Under the pieces are notes generated by a model that was given only the letters and a program-made list of their open reading frames with translations, searched no databases and had not been told where the DNA came from. Both the position numbers and the translations under genes were made by a program. A stretch of 64,000 bases of DNA, from NCBI GenBank assembly GCA_051530055.1, contig CM121341.1, forward strand, positions 13,370,784 to 13,434,783, read 5' to 3'. Below are positions 13,066 through 25,419 of this stretch, one piece after another (positions within the stretch are counted from its first letter, which is position 1; each line of letters begins with the position of its first letter). This DNA comes from Neoechinorhynchus agilis (Eukaryota > Animalia > Acanthocephala).

Positions 13066-13590
13066 ATGGACGACTTCCTAGAAAGCGCCAATAGTGATCA
13101 AGATGGAGATAGTAGTTCGATTGAAAGCATATTCGAACGAATAAGTGTCTCTGAATTATGTGAGACGTTCGCTTCATCAATAGCTAAAGAAGACGATCAA
13201 ATGCAAGATGAAGAAAGCTTGATTTCTATTGGAATGTTTGGATTATCTATTGAAGACGGATCTAAACGAGTTTCGAAATCCCGATCTGACGAGATTGGCG
13301 TTTTGAAAAATCAGAGCAACAATTATTCGGAGGCGAATGAGTTCGCACCGACAATTGATTATGGACAGAGGACCAGAGTGTTTCCGCGACGAGGTCGAAG
13401 ACGTTTTCCTATGGGGTTTGAGATCGACGATGACGGGTGTAATTGTGATTTTCACCGAGAGGAAAGAGATGAGAAGCAAAAGAAAGAAGTAATGGAACAA
13501 TTGGAGTTTGAAGCTTTGGATGAACGGGCAAAGTACCGGTGGCTCATGGATAGAGGTCTTATTAAATCATATGATGCAATGTACATGTGA
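13066..13590 (+). CDS. Hypothetical acidic protein, 174 aa from ATG 13066
   Basis: Long ORF with plausible composition; no recognised domain. Confidence 0.5.
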   Translation: MDDFLESANSDQDGDSSSIESIFERISVSELCETFASSIAKEDDQMQDEESLISIGMFGLSIEDGSKRVSKSRSDEIGVLKNQSNNYSEANEFAPTIDYGQRTRVFPRRGRRRFPMGFEIDDDGCNCDFHREERDEKQKKEVMEQLEFEALDERAKYRWLMDRGLIKSYDAMYM

Positions 13591-13789
13591 AATAGATTAC
13601 TTGCTTTTTATGAAAATCTTGTGTATTTAAAGATTATAGAGGGAAAAGGCGTGCTTGGTATTATGCATATGAGCCATTCATTGCTTAACGTTACTTTTAG
13701 CCATTGATCAGTGTTTGTTGCAATTACATCAATTTTAAAAATCATGTGAATTACTACGTGATTTCTTAGCCGCATGATAAAGTTTTCTT

Positions 13790-14375
13790 TTAAATGGACA
13801 CCTAAGCCTTTGTAATGACAAAAAGAAAATCTTTATTTCGGAGCTCTCGACGTCACACGGCTTTTTTTTCAGAAATCTACAAAGGTTTCTAGTTAGTCAG
13901 GTCACTGACTTAAGTTGGTATCGCAAACCGCGCCGTAGAAGCATAGTCATCCATCGAGATATCTATCATCTTTTTTGGACAATGAAACAGGAAATTTTGT
14001 TCATCGTCACTAATAGAGAATTGATGCAATTTTCGCTGAATTGGCAAAATTGAACGTCCTTTGCTTGAACGTTTGAACGAAACACGTTCGCAACGCACTG
14101 AATCCGGACGCAAAATCATGGCCACACCATGGAAAAGCATCACTCAAAGCTCCATAGCGACGAACGCGAAGGATTCGGTGAAGCCATCGCCGATGCACTA
14201 ATATCTCAGACAGTTGGAAGGGGAGGGCGAGCCAGAGTTTTGGGCATCAGCTCGACAAAAGCTTCAGAACTTCTCAGCAGCCTCAACGAATTTTCCACGC
14301 TTCAATGTCGTTACTTTAACACACTCTTCACATCTTCATGCATTCTTGTAAATTCTTGAGAAAGATGTAAGATGC
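13790..14375. repeat. ~580-bp dispersed repeat; second, interrupted copy at 24962-26070
   Basis: Identical antisense ORF translations (13910-14143 vs 25082-25315) and flanking nucleotide identity. Confidence 0.9.
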
Positions 14376-15309
14376 CGAAAGCTCAGAAATAAAGATTTTC
14401 GTTATGTTAACCAAGAAATCTAATGTTGGCTTTTCAGGACAAAGTCAAACAATAATGCTGAGGACTTTGTAAAGCAATTGTTCAATTTGTTGTTGGAAAA
14501 TTTTTAACCAATCAACAGTAGTCTTGAATTTTATTAACAAATATGCATTCTTTAAAACGTGTTGGATTCCTCCACAAAAATAATAATCGTGTTGGAATTG
14601 CGAATTGATTTCAAATGCAAATTAACGGATACATTATTTGTGTTTTCAGATTACCGATTTTTTAAGCTTGATTTTATATGGTGAATTCTAGGTCATTCGG
14701 TTTCCAAATAGTCCTAAAATGTACGACATAGAATCGCGCAAAACTTTAAGCGATCAATATCAATCACTGAAACAATATGGGTGAGTGTTGTTGATATCAA
14801 CATCTACACCTGGGCACGAACAACCGACTGAGCTGAGAAAACCAAGCAATGGAGCGAAAGTTAATCTGGCATTTGTAAGACAAAAAAGGAACCCTGCTTG
14901 TCAATCCCATCTCCTCTCTGACCCTATAGTTTCCTTCAAATAAATTGTTTGTTGTTGATATCAATAGGAAATTTAATCATTTTTCGGCAAAAGTAAAAAT
15001 GCCCAATCATTAATCGAAGGTAACGTAAGCTTATGCCAATCACTCTAACAGTATGGCGAGTCTTCGGCACTTGGCGAACATTTCAAGGATCTTAAATAAA
15101 TCTTGGTTTTATGCGACGAAAACCAGCTTTTTCTCAATTCGGTTATAGCGATGGTAGAACTTACACTAGGAGGAAATAAAGATTCTGACTTTGAGAATCG
15201 AAAAATCTATTCAATAGGAATCGATTCGTCGATTTAATATCCCTTAAGGAAACCTATGAATTCCTTGGGCATTCCATATTCTACTTTTCCTCGGATATGC
15301 AAGGTACTT

Positions 15310-15768
15310 TTAACAAATCGTGAGAGAATGGAGCGTCCAGAGTGAGTTGGAAGCGATCAGTCTTTTAAACGGATACTTGAATCGATTATAAAACGATTTA
15401 CAAGGTCCGTTCTCATTGGTATAATCTTCCACGGCAGTAATCAGCCTAGATCGTCGGACGAAATTAAAATATAAACACGTGAATGCGGTCTCGGTCTCCT
15501 TACTTTTAAAATAGCCTCTCGTGGATACCACTCTCAAGGTAACGAGTGCTCGGTGTTCATGCTTGTTACTTCTTCGTTTGTACATTCCGTAGTTGTGCTG
15601 ATCCCATTTAGGGCCAACTGGTTCGAATCCGTTACCACCGATGACACACATCAAAAGGGATGAAATACTGCTGAAAGGAAAAAACTCACCGATGAGTTCC
15701 GCCTCCCCGAGAGGTATCTGAGAATCCGGAGGAATGTACGAACTTATAACCTTACGATTTTGGGGCAT
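15310..15768 (-). CDS. Hypothetical ORF sharing a motif (SxYIPPDxQIP...GFEP) with 36200-36340
   Basis: 152-aa ORF with a TTG start; nucleotide similarity of 15710-15760 to 36290-36340; exon structure unresolved. Confidence 0.3.
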   Translation of the reverse strand: MPQNRKVISSYIPPDSQIPLGEAELIGEFFPFSSISSLLMCVIGGNGFEPVGPKWDQHNYGMYKRRSNKHEHRALVTLRVVSTRGYFKSKETETAFTCLYFNFVRRSRLITAVEDYTNENGPCKSFYNRFKYPFKRLIASNSLWTLHSLTIC

Positions 15769-16080
15769 TGAGCGCAGACCAGCGCTTCTCAGACCGAAAT
15801 CGGTGGACTGTGTGTGTCCATTTGGCCGTGTATGGAAAAACTAATCTTAAACATATCTACCGAGGAACAATGTGTTTACGATTCATCGGAGTATCTTAGC
15901 AGGCCCAGTTCTATGGAGCGAAACGAATTTAAGTAATTATTCTTTCTTTGTGGGAAGAAATGACCTTACAAGCAACGAATTGGGCCACAAGTCGATATGT
16001 GAGGTATCGGGGAATGTGATTGGAATTATTGTTTAGGTCTACACCCGGTAAATGATTATTTATTAAAGACGTTCTGCGAA

Positions 16081-16177
16081 CCTCGTCGGGTTCATCATCA
16101 GTTTTTTCTTACTGATAGTGGCTGATGAATCCGACGAGGTTGGAAACGTCTTTAAGAAAAAATTATTTACCGGGTGA
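16081..16177 (+). repeat. Hairpin-containing dispersed repeat; second copy at 26147-26252
   Basis: CTCGTCGG(G/T)TTCA(T/G)CATCAG...CTGATGA(A/T)...CCGACGAG stems, followed by shared GGAA(A)CGTCT...AAAAAATTATTTA(C/A)CGGGTGA. Confidence 0.7.
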
Positions 16178-17669
16178 TGACTTCTAAATAATACTTCGGG
16201 AAATACTCTATAAAAACAAATTCATGTGGTTATTATAAAACACGATTTGATCGTGTTCATATTTTCTTGATTTTATGTCTTTAAATTACAAACTTTCTAT
16301 ATTTATGCACAGAACAGACCAAATCAATTGATAAATTTCTAAATAAGTCCCACCGAATGAAATATGGCAGTTTGGTATCAAATGGTTCAATTTATTCCGT
16401 TTGATTCATGCCTCTTAGTCGACTTTCAAGAATATAAATTTTGTTTTTAGTTTACCGAAGAGTACGGTTAAAATGAAAATAGCTTTATATTATAGATGTT
16501 ATTATTTTCTACGGAAATCCATTTTAGACATACTAAAGGCCGTCAAAAACGCTTCTAGCATTTTTATCAAAATTGTTTCAACAAATTTATTAAGGCGTTC
16601 TATGTGGCCCACACTTTTATTCCTGCTGTTGATATGACGGCGAAAAATTGAAGGATTTTATTAGGTCCGATATTTCGACGCACAATCTTGTACGCCTTCA
16701 TCAATGTTATTAAAGTGTTTTATCCGCACTTGAACGTGGCCAAATAAATTAGTTAAAAATATTCCGCTATATAATCTTCAAAAACTTTTATTTTTAGATT
16801 CACACAAACGTATTTGGTGATTTTAAAGGAGAAGAGAGTTATGACTGAACGCTAAAATTAGAATAACTTGCGATTGGAGACCTGGCGTCCCCTTCACATT
16901 TTAAGAAATTTGTGCTTCCCGTGTCAGACAGGTCGTTCTTGTACTCGATTTAAGCAGTTGGAGCTATCAGTAGAAAACGTCGGGAGGAAAATAAACGAAT
17001 GATTGACTCGGAGTTCTTAAATTTTCAAGAGAAATGGACAAATTTGTTCTTTTTTCGTATAATAAGACGAGAAACCGCCGTGCCTCATCTGCAAGAAGAG
17101 GAGTTTGCTTCAGGAAGAGAAGATCGCCAAGTTGCGTGAAGAGGTTTCATGGCTTAAGAAAACTGTTCAATAAACGACGAAAACGAAGCAGCAATTCGAA
17201 CGAGTTTTCGAATGGCCCACATATTGACCAAACCATTTCAATTCTCAAAGAAAATCCATATTCAAAGTATTCGCATGCGCTGTAACCCGCGAAATTTACA
17301 TCAAAGGCTCGCGTATTTGGGCACCACTGTTGTAGATGATTGATTCGGACTCCACGAGTTCTTTCAAACATTTGGACTCATGCATAGTCAATGGAACGAG
17401 CGAGTTTCTCAAGCGTCACATTATCCGAGAAGCTCCTATGACTCTACTGATGAATCCTCCGTAGACTAAGCCGTTAATTTAAAGTCCCTCGGCTCTTCCA
17501 TTACATCTCATAATTAAAGTTTAAACAACAATGTTTAACCATTTCTCGTATTCTTGAGTCCCTGAGACAGTTGTCGGCTGGCACAATACCTCTGGGGACC
17601 TAACTGAGAAATAGACGAATAATCTTTTGGGAATATAATTTTAGAAAGAGAAATTAAGTAAAATCCTTC

Positions 17670-18463
17670 AGAAGATATCGAAGGATTCCGATAATCCATG
17701 TCCCCGATTTTGTGACTGAGTGTGAAGAGGAATATTTATTGTCTCGAGTCAGCAATGTGGAACGGACTAGATGGGTGTATCTATTGAAACGTCGACTTCA
17801 AAACCTTGGTGAGTTTATCTTTTTTAAATTACATTTCTAGTTGAGGACAAAGGTGCTCGTGCGTATTTGATTCCATTGGTCAATCGTATAAGCGATTTGG
17901 ATGTATTTGACGGACACCGTTCGAATTGTTGTCGTATCAATGAGTATTCAAAAGGTCATCCGTGCGTATCGACGATATGTGGCGATGGGTAAAAATTATA
18001 TATCAAAGAATCACTTTAATTGAAATATTTCGTCCAATCACGCTGGGCTTCTTCAGTCAATCATCCAGTGTGATTGGACGAAATATTTCAATTAAAGTGA
18101 TTCTTGGATGTATAATTTTTCCCATCTTTAACGTATCGACGATATCGCTCGGAGCACCGACATTAATTAACTATTATGAACCTATTTTGGACGACGTGTT
18201 CATTAGTTATAGAGACCGGTATTTCAGATAGGTTTGTTTAAATAACAAGAAGTCTGTTTGTGGTCCAGGAAGAGATGTAGACCCTCGACATGCACGGAAT
18301 TAACGAGCTCCATTCAAAGACGATCTCAGAAGATGTATTGAACAGAAAGGAAACCCAGTTGCAAGTTGGTGATGTGGTCGATCGGTCCAAGACGAGTGAT
18401 TCGTTAACGTTCCATCATGCGCTGGGAAAAGATATGAAGATTTTGGCCGTGAATTGCGCGTGA
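17670..18463 (+). pseudogene. ALKBH6: ALKBH6-like 2OG-Fe(II) dioxygenase pseudogene
   Basis: HVPDFVTECEEEYLL, RRLQNL, INEYSKG, VSTISLGAPTLINYYEP, RSLFVVQEEM*TLDMHGI. The HxD segment is deleted; there is an in-frame TAG, a frameshift and a 167-nt insertion. 32-nt GT-AG intron at 17809-17840. Confidence 0.75.
17979..18131. mobile_element. MITE-like fold-back insertion flanked by a 14-bp direct repeat (CGTATCGACGATAT at 17965-17978 and 18132-18145)
   Basis: 36-bp perfect inverted arms (aagaatcactttaattgaaatatttcgtccaatcac), extended by imperfect pairing; it interrupts the VSTI/SLG motif. Confidence 0.75.
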
Positions 18464-18760
18464 ACTAAGAAACGCAAAATCTCTTTGGTGGTCTAAAACA
18501 AAGGCTGCTGTTCCATTTAAAACACAGCCAACTAAAAACAATGAGCAATGTTGAATGCTCATATGGCAAAAGGGAATACTTTGGCGTAAAGTTCAAATTA
18601 GCTATTTCTCTCGCTATAGAATTTCTTCGGATATGTCGACTAGTTGCCAAGTGGTGCGTTTTTTGTGGAACTACGCGAGAGAGAGTTTAAAAGGTTGAGG
18701 CAGAGAGACAAGCCACACACATTTTTTTCTATCTTTAGCGTGAAATTGAAGTTCTAAACG

Positions 18761-18998
18761 GAAAATATTTGAGAAACCGTAATAATGCAAAAAAACCATC
18801 GTTCTTAACAATTTTTGGACGTTTTAAGATTTTTTGTTAACATTTCGATTCCTTGTTCCCCAATTTTTCAATTTGGATTTTTTGGTTTCACCGTCGACTA
18901 AAAACGTTTTATTGAATAAATAAAAAAGAAAATTGTATGGGTTATTGAGCTAAAATTTATATTTTCCATTGGCAACGTAATTTTTTTATGCATTCTTG
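18761..18998 (+). repeat. Orphan diverged monomer of the 269-bp satellite
   Basis: aaaatatttgagaaaccgtaataatgcaaaaaaaccatcgttc... matches the satellite unit. Confidence 0.85.
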
Positions 18999-19872
18999 TC
19001 ACTTTTTGTCTGATTGTCGCTTGGATAATGTTATATTTTATGCTTTATAAGTTGAGCATCGTTTTTTCATGTAACATCGCTTATTCTTCAGTTTAGTTTT
19101 TATGAATTTCGAAGGCGACTCATTTTAATTCACTGTTTGATTTTTTGTTTAAAGTTCCTTTATCATCGCAGGACTAAGAAGATTGCATATCCATAAACGG
19201 TAGAATGGCATCATTTACCAAGTGGAAAAATGACTTCCATCAAACGTCTTTTGATAAATTTACAGCCTAAATAATTTTGCTAACGTCCGCATCAGCTGCC
19301 ACATCAAACAAACATTATTCTATGGGATCTTCCCCCCCCTCCCGTTTGCTTGTGGATTCACAAATCAAGCTCGTATAAAAGTGATCTGCTGATTTTTTAT
19401 GATCCGCTATTGCCCCATTAAAGACTCTCGTTTAGATTAACATCGCAAGTTTATTTCCATATTGCAAGACTATGGTTTTCCGTATATCACACCAAGAACT
19501 CGCACTCGGGATTTGGTGGATTCTTTTGCGAGAAGGTAGAAGTTGTTGTTATTTCGGGAGAGGAGGGAGCGTGAGAGTGGGGCAGTTTCAATTTTTGTTA
19601 AAACTATTTCCTTGAACGTTTTGAAAAATGTAAAGCTTGAAGATTATTCTGATGTTTGTTCATGGCCGAAAAATTGAATGAGTTTTATTAAATCCGATAT
19701 TTCGGAAGCGCGCAATTTCGTTAGTAAAAAAATCCTCTAATTTTTTAGAACCAAACCTGTTTATGACGATGCATCATTATTGTTTTCGATCGGTTTAAGA
19801 TTTATACATACGTCACAAGTGATAGTGAGAGAATTGGTTTTAATGGGTGGAAATGTATCGGCGATGATCAAT

Positions 19873-22841
19873 ATGTCCGATAGGTAAGTTGACGTCACTT
19901 TTCTGGAAGAATCGACAGATTCGCAGTCGTGTCACTGCGACAAATTATTCTCGCTTCTTCGCTTTTTCTCGCTCTAGCATGGATCAAAGTGAAAGTCAAG
20001 GGAATGTTGAATCGTCCAATAATCGGGATGAACTCTACCCAATCGCAGTGCTCATCGATGAACTCAGAAATGAGGATTTGCAGCTTAAACTGAATAGTAT
20101 TCGAGGAATATCCACAATCGCAGCCGCACTTGGACCAGAGAGAACTCGGGCTGAACTTATGCCTTTCCTTTCCGATTCCGTCTACGATGACGATGAAGTT
20201 CTTCTCATTTTGGCCGAACAACTCGCGAAATTCGTTCCTTATGTCGGAGGAGAAGAATTCGTCCATGTCCTCTTGCCACCTTTGGAGAACCTAAGCCAAG
20301 TGTGCGCTTTTTTTAACAACCTACTTAGAATGCCATCATTGGCTCCATTTTAATTGTAGATTCAAAACTTATTTTTTTGAATGAAATACTTCTTTCTAGT
20401 TATTTCATAAGATGCAGTTTGCTGAACTTGGGTTTATTTTCACACACTCACATAAATCGCATCAATGAATTCAAAAAAGTATTTAAAAGTGCGAGTCATT
20501 TCTTGTTCGAAATAGTTTTTAACCGGTTAAGTATCTTCACCACAATTCTAACTTTTGTTTGGTGATTGAGAAAATAGAGATTAAATGTATTAATTCCTGC
20601 CTACATTTACGACCTAAAGAAGTCCGACGATACTCATGAAATATTGTGAAAAGGAATTTAAATATTTAATCTCTATTTTTCTTAATCACTGAACAAAATA
20701 AAATTTTCCTTGCAAACATTTTTGTTAAATATTAAATCATTTTTCGTAGTTTTGCCACCAGTTTGGATTTAAAAATTCACCGATTTATTTCTGACAGTTT
20801 CACGTCGGTCAGTAATAAATTAGTTTGAAGATTAAGTTGTTCACATTGAAACGATGAAATTTTTTATTGAAAATTACAAGTTTTGGAAGGCAATGTTCTG
20901 TGGAGCCGCGGTTTTTCTCACGCTGACAGCATTCCCTCGTTGTACTGCGAGGGAGATGTTTTGTCTTAGGAATGCTGTCGCACGCGGGTCCCTTTTCAAC
21001 GGTTCATATTGGTTGTTTTCTGGCGGAGAAATTAAAATGATATTTTAAAATAAAATCATTTTAAATTCTCCGCCAGAAAACAACCAATAAATTAGTAAAA
21101 GTTTAAATCCGGAGGGGTGGTAAAACTGAAAAAAGAAAGTATATGACAAAAATCCAAGACATTGAAATTAATTTCTCTTATTATGCATTGACCTAAACAT
21201 TTAAACATCAAAGCCGTAACGTTATTTTTGAATCTGCTCAGAAGACATTCTTGCTCGCTACTCGCCCACTTTGTAAACGAAAAAAAGCGAACTCTGAGCG
21301 AATGTCACACCGAGGAGACGCTGGTAAGGAACAAAGCTGTTGAAGCTTTGTGTACCCTTAGTGCATCTCACTCTGCCTTCGATCTAGAAAACTATTTCTT
21401 ACCCATGATAATGCGTCTTACGCGTGGAGACTGGTTTACATCTCGAGCATCAGCATCCGGTCTCCTTTGTTGTTGCTACAAACGACTTGGACCTGAACAC
21501 CAAGCTCAGATCAGGAACACATTTCGACATCTTTGCTCGGACGAGACTCCCATGGTTCGTCGGACCGCAGCGGATAAACTCAGTGATTTGGCTGCTATAG
21601 TCGGCGAGGATTACATCAAATCGGATCTATTACCCATGTTCAATGCACTAATAAGTGATGAACACGATTCGGTCCGCGTGCTTGCAGCCGAATCCGGAAC
21701 CCGAATGACGGCGTTTGTGTCAAAATCTGACGTGGAGGCGTATCTTCTCCCTACTCTTAAAAACGCAGTTGATGATAAATCATGGAGGGTTAGGTACACC
21801 ATGTCCGAGCGATTGATTGAACTATCAAGACGCATCAGCCAGGATTTAGTGGTCACGGATATACTTCCTGCCTTTCGACAACTACTGTCAGACTCTGAGG
21901 CTGAAGTAAGGTCGTCGTCCGCTAACAAGCTCAAAGAATTCTGTGAGCTCTTGCCGGATAATCAAAGGAGTCAATTGGTTGTTTCAGAGATTATCCCAGT
22001 GATCACACCCTTAGTCAATGATGCAAATCAACATGTCAAAACATCTCTTGCTTTCTCCTTAATGGGTCTTGCCCCTTTAGTCGGAAAAGACAATACCGTG
22101 GAACACCTTCTTCCTCTTATACTCGTACAACTCAAAGATGAATGCCCTGAAGTACGGCTAAACGTCATATCTAATCTCAAATGTCTCAATAAAATGATCG
22201 GAGTCACCCATCTATCAGGAAGTCTTTTGCCGGCAATAGTTGAACTCGCTGAAGACACGAAATGGCGAGTACGACTCGCTATTATAGAATTTACGCCTCT
22301 TCTCGCGGACGAACTCGGTCTGGAGTTCTTTAATGAACGTCTTAATGCGTTGTGTATGACTTGGCTAAAAGATCCAGTATTTGCTATTCGCGAAGCAGCC
22401 CAATCGAATCTTAAAACATTTGCAGGTTTCTTCGGTTGGGACTGGATCGAATCAACCGTATTGCCGCGAATCGTGCAACTTCAAAATGACGTGAACTATC
22501 TTTACCGTAGTAGTGCTCTGGCATGTCTAAAGGTACTAGCCGAGTGCGTGGCAAGAAATCAAGTTATGGATTTCATTTGCCCGCTCATAGTTCAAATGGC
22601 TGATGATAAAGTCGCCAATATTCGATTTGGGGTTTGTAAATGCCTAAAAACAATCAAACCGTTCGTTGATGATTCGTATTGGACGAGCAAACTCCTTCCT
22701 GTACTTGGTAGGCTAGTCAATGACCAGGACGTGGATGTCAGGTATTATGCCAATGATGCTAGCGATACCGTTCAACAACAGGAATCAAACTCTCACACAA
22801 ACATGCATCAGATGATGGACGTCGAAATGACTGCGTCGTAG
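19873..22841 (+). CDS. PPP2R1A: Protein phosphatase 2A scaffold subunit A (PR65); likely exons 19873-19883, 19978-20301, 21299-22841
   Basis: [21 protein letters not shown] repeats, [35 protein letters not shown]. 94-nt intron 19884-19977 (AG|GTAAGT...CTCTAG); ~1-kb second intron with uncertain boundaries. Confidence 0.92.
20553..20698. mobile_element. MITE-like element with ~46-bp imperfect terminal inverted repeats inside the PP2A-A intron
   Basis: ttttgtttggtgattgagaaaatagagattaaatgtattaattcct vs the reverse complement of 20652-20698. Confidence 0.65.
21008..21088. repeat. Hairpin palindrome inside the PP2A-A intron
   Basis: attggttgttttctggcggagaa ... ttctccgccagaaaacaaccaat perfect arms. 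The adjacent 21088-21145 resembles 3255-3310. Confidence 0.8.
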
Positions 22842-23424
22842 AGAATTTAATAGAAATCGGGCGATTGAGTTCAATGAGTTCATATGGACCTATATTCTTT
22901 TTATTATTTCAAAAGTCACCTATACCCACAGTTAACCATTAATTAATAATCACCATCAATTATTCTTTAAAGCACGAAATAAGTTGATCCAGGCATAAAG
23001 AGGGTGCGAGACTGAGTTTTGAATTGATCTCAAATGCATCAGTCTGGGTCACTTTTCGATATGACGCTCACAATTAACTAGCGATAAAATGGGAAATTTT
23101 AACGCTCGAAAAAGAATGCGGTCTATTAAACTACAACCAAAGCGTAATTCTTAAAATAGTACCTCGTGGCGACTGCTGATTATTGCACAGTTTCTACGAT
23201 ACATCTTAAAAGAATGTCTTGTTTAGGTCGCTTGTCAACAACGCCCGAGAGAGATCATTAAAGTAGAATGTATATATTTCCACTGATTGTATATCGCTCA
23301 TTATCGATTTAACGTTAAAAAATAATAACGACATGATTGTTCGTTTTGACTCGTGAACCTAGGATTGTAAATCCCGTAGGCAGCTTCGCTGAGCTCATTT
23401 AAGCCAATTATAGGTAATATCTTC

Positions 23425-23810
23425 GCCGACTCGATGGCCGCCGTATATCGGACGGTGTCACAGTATTCTCGTGGCGAGAAGGCGAATGCTTACTCTGGGA
23501 CGCCACGTGCGTGGACACGCTCGCAGCCAGCAACATAAAATTCGCCACTGTTAAACTTGAGGAGGAGGAACAACCGCCGCCGAGGAACGCAAAAAGACAA
23601 AATATAGGGACCTGAGTCGAAATCATTATTTTGTTCCCTTTGGCGTCGAGGCACTCGGGTCGTTTGGTACCGCGCTGCATGACCTGATCGAGGAATTGTC
23701 TAAGACATTGAGACGAATCACTGGCGATCCGAGATCAGGAGCATTCCTCTTACAAAGCATAAGACTGGTTGTGCAACGAGGGAACGCTGCATCCGTCCTT
23801 TCGACGGTGG
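23425..23810 (+). mobile_element. CRE-like non-LTR element restriction-like endonuclease (RLE) domain remnant
   Basis: Manual translation with one frameshift: SDGVTVFSWREGECLLWDATCVDTLA..AAEERKKTKYRDL..FVPFGVEALGSFG..VQRGNAASVL. Confidence 0.8.
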
Positions 23811-23879
23811 TGCGAATGACTTCCTTGTATTAAAGATTCAAAAATTACAAAAATTAAAGGGAAGCTTTTGCTTTGTTTC

Positions 23880-24095
23880 CTGTTCCATGGTATTGGCCAT
23901 TTCTTTAATAATTCGATGGAAACAACTGTCTTGTCGAATCCGATTGAGTGTGTGGTTCGGTGAGCATAATTTAGAATCGCTGAAGTTGTATCGCCACATC
24001 GTGATGCGTTCTCGTGTTCACGGAGACTTTTGAACAACGCGTTGTTTTACCTACGTAAGCCATTACGCAGTCGTTGCAAAGAATGCGTCTTACCA
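23880..24095 (-). mobile_element. Penelope-like GIY-YIG remnant
   Basis: RRILCNDCVMAYVGKTTR/FKSLREHENA..SAILNYAHRTTHSIGFDKT. Confidence 0.7.
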
Positions 24096-24469
24096 CATCT
24101 GAAATCAGACGTCGAAATATATCAGCTTATCTATCAGCTATCAGACAACACACATTCGACATGAGTTTTCCGTACTAGTTTTAAAAGTATAAAAAGTGAT
24201 CTCTACATATTTGTTTGAAGCGTTTTTCCTGAAGTGTACATTTCAACTTAAAAATACCTATTAGCTAAGAATGTTCAGCTTAGGTAGTTCGAATTTAGTT
24301 TTATAATACTAGCGAAAATCGTGTAGCGCACATTCGCGTCAAATGAACGGATTTTAACTGCGCAGATGTTCTAAGAATCGAGCATTTTCATTGTCATTAA
24401 ACTCCTATAAAGATTGAAACCCGAATGCTTGATCAAAATTTAATTATGATTTAGTTTGCTTCACGACGT

Positions 24470-24541
24470 GGCTTGGTGGTCTAGTGGTATGATTCTCGCT
24501 TAGGGTGCGAGAGGTCCCGGGTTCAATTCCCGGCCAAGCCC
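24470..24541 (+). tRNA. trnP-AGG: tRNA-Pro (anticodon AGG), intronless
   Basis: Acceptor stem GGCTTGG/CCAAGCC, anticodon arm CTCGC-TTAGGGT-GCGAG, T-loop GGTTCAATTCC; eukaryotic tRNA-Pro pattern. Confidence 0.95.
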
Positions 24542-25419
24542 CATTACTAAATGAAACGTTCAGTGTGGATCCCAAAAGAACAGCCTCAGGTATCACTCCA
24601 ACCAAGAATATCAAAGGATAGCAAATGGCGAAAAGTTTCTTCATTTTTTAGGTTCTTCTTCAAAATGTTATTTTTCAGATCATCCTGAAGATTCTGGCGT
24701 TAATGGAAATAAAGCTCGAATATGCGCCTCTTCAATGGTTTAGAGCTAAATGAATTCCATTTTCCGATAAAATTTGCCTTGAGCCACTAAAACAATTTTC
24801 CTATGTAAAACCATTCTGCATATCGAATTCCTTCTTCTCGATATACTTAAATAAAGTCCCGGAAAGGACGGAAGGCTTCCTAATTGGACAGACGGATGAT
24901 GGAAGCTAATGTGTGCGAGTAATGCAACTTTTGTTTAAATATAATCAAGTTTTGTTTTCTTTTGAATGGACACCTAAGCCTTTGTAATGACAAAAAGAAA
25001 ATCTTTATTTCGGAGCTTTCGACGTCATGCGGCTTTTTTTTCAGAAATCTACAAAGGTTTCTAGTTAGTCAGGTCACTGACTTAAGTTGGTATCGCAAAC
25101 CGCGCCGTAGAAGCATAGTCATCCATCGAGATATCTATCATCTTTTTTGGACAATGAAACAGGAAATTTTGTTCATCGTCACTAATAGAGAATTGATGCA
25201 ATTTTCGCTGAATTGGCAAAATTGAACGTCCTTTGCTTGAACGTTTGAACGAAACACGTTCGCAACGCACTGAATCCGGACGCAAAATCATGGCCACACC
25301 ATGGAAAAGCATCACTCAAAGCTCCATAGCGACGAACGCGAGTTAGGTTTGTGGCCAAGGATTCGGTGAAGCCATCGCCGATGCACTAATATCTCAGACA
25401 GTTGGAAGGGGAAGGCGAG

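Noticed and set aside
17034-17460. Possible LINE ORF1 coiled-coil remnant (CLICKKRSLLQEEKIAKLREEV)
   Set aside because: One short motif with stops nearby; too little to support a feature.
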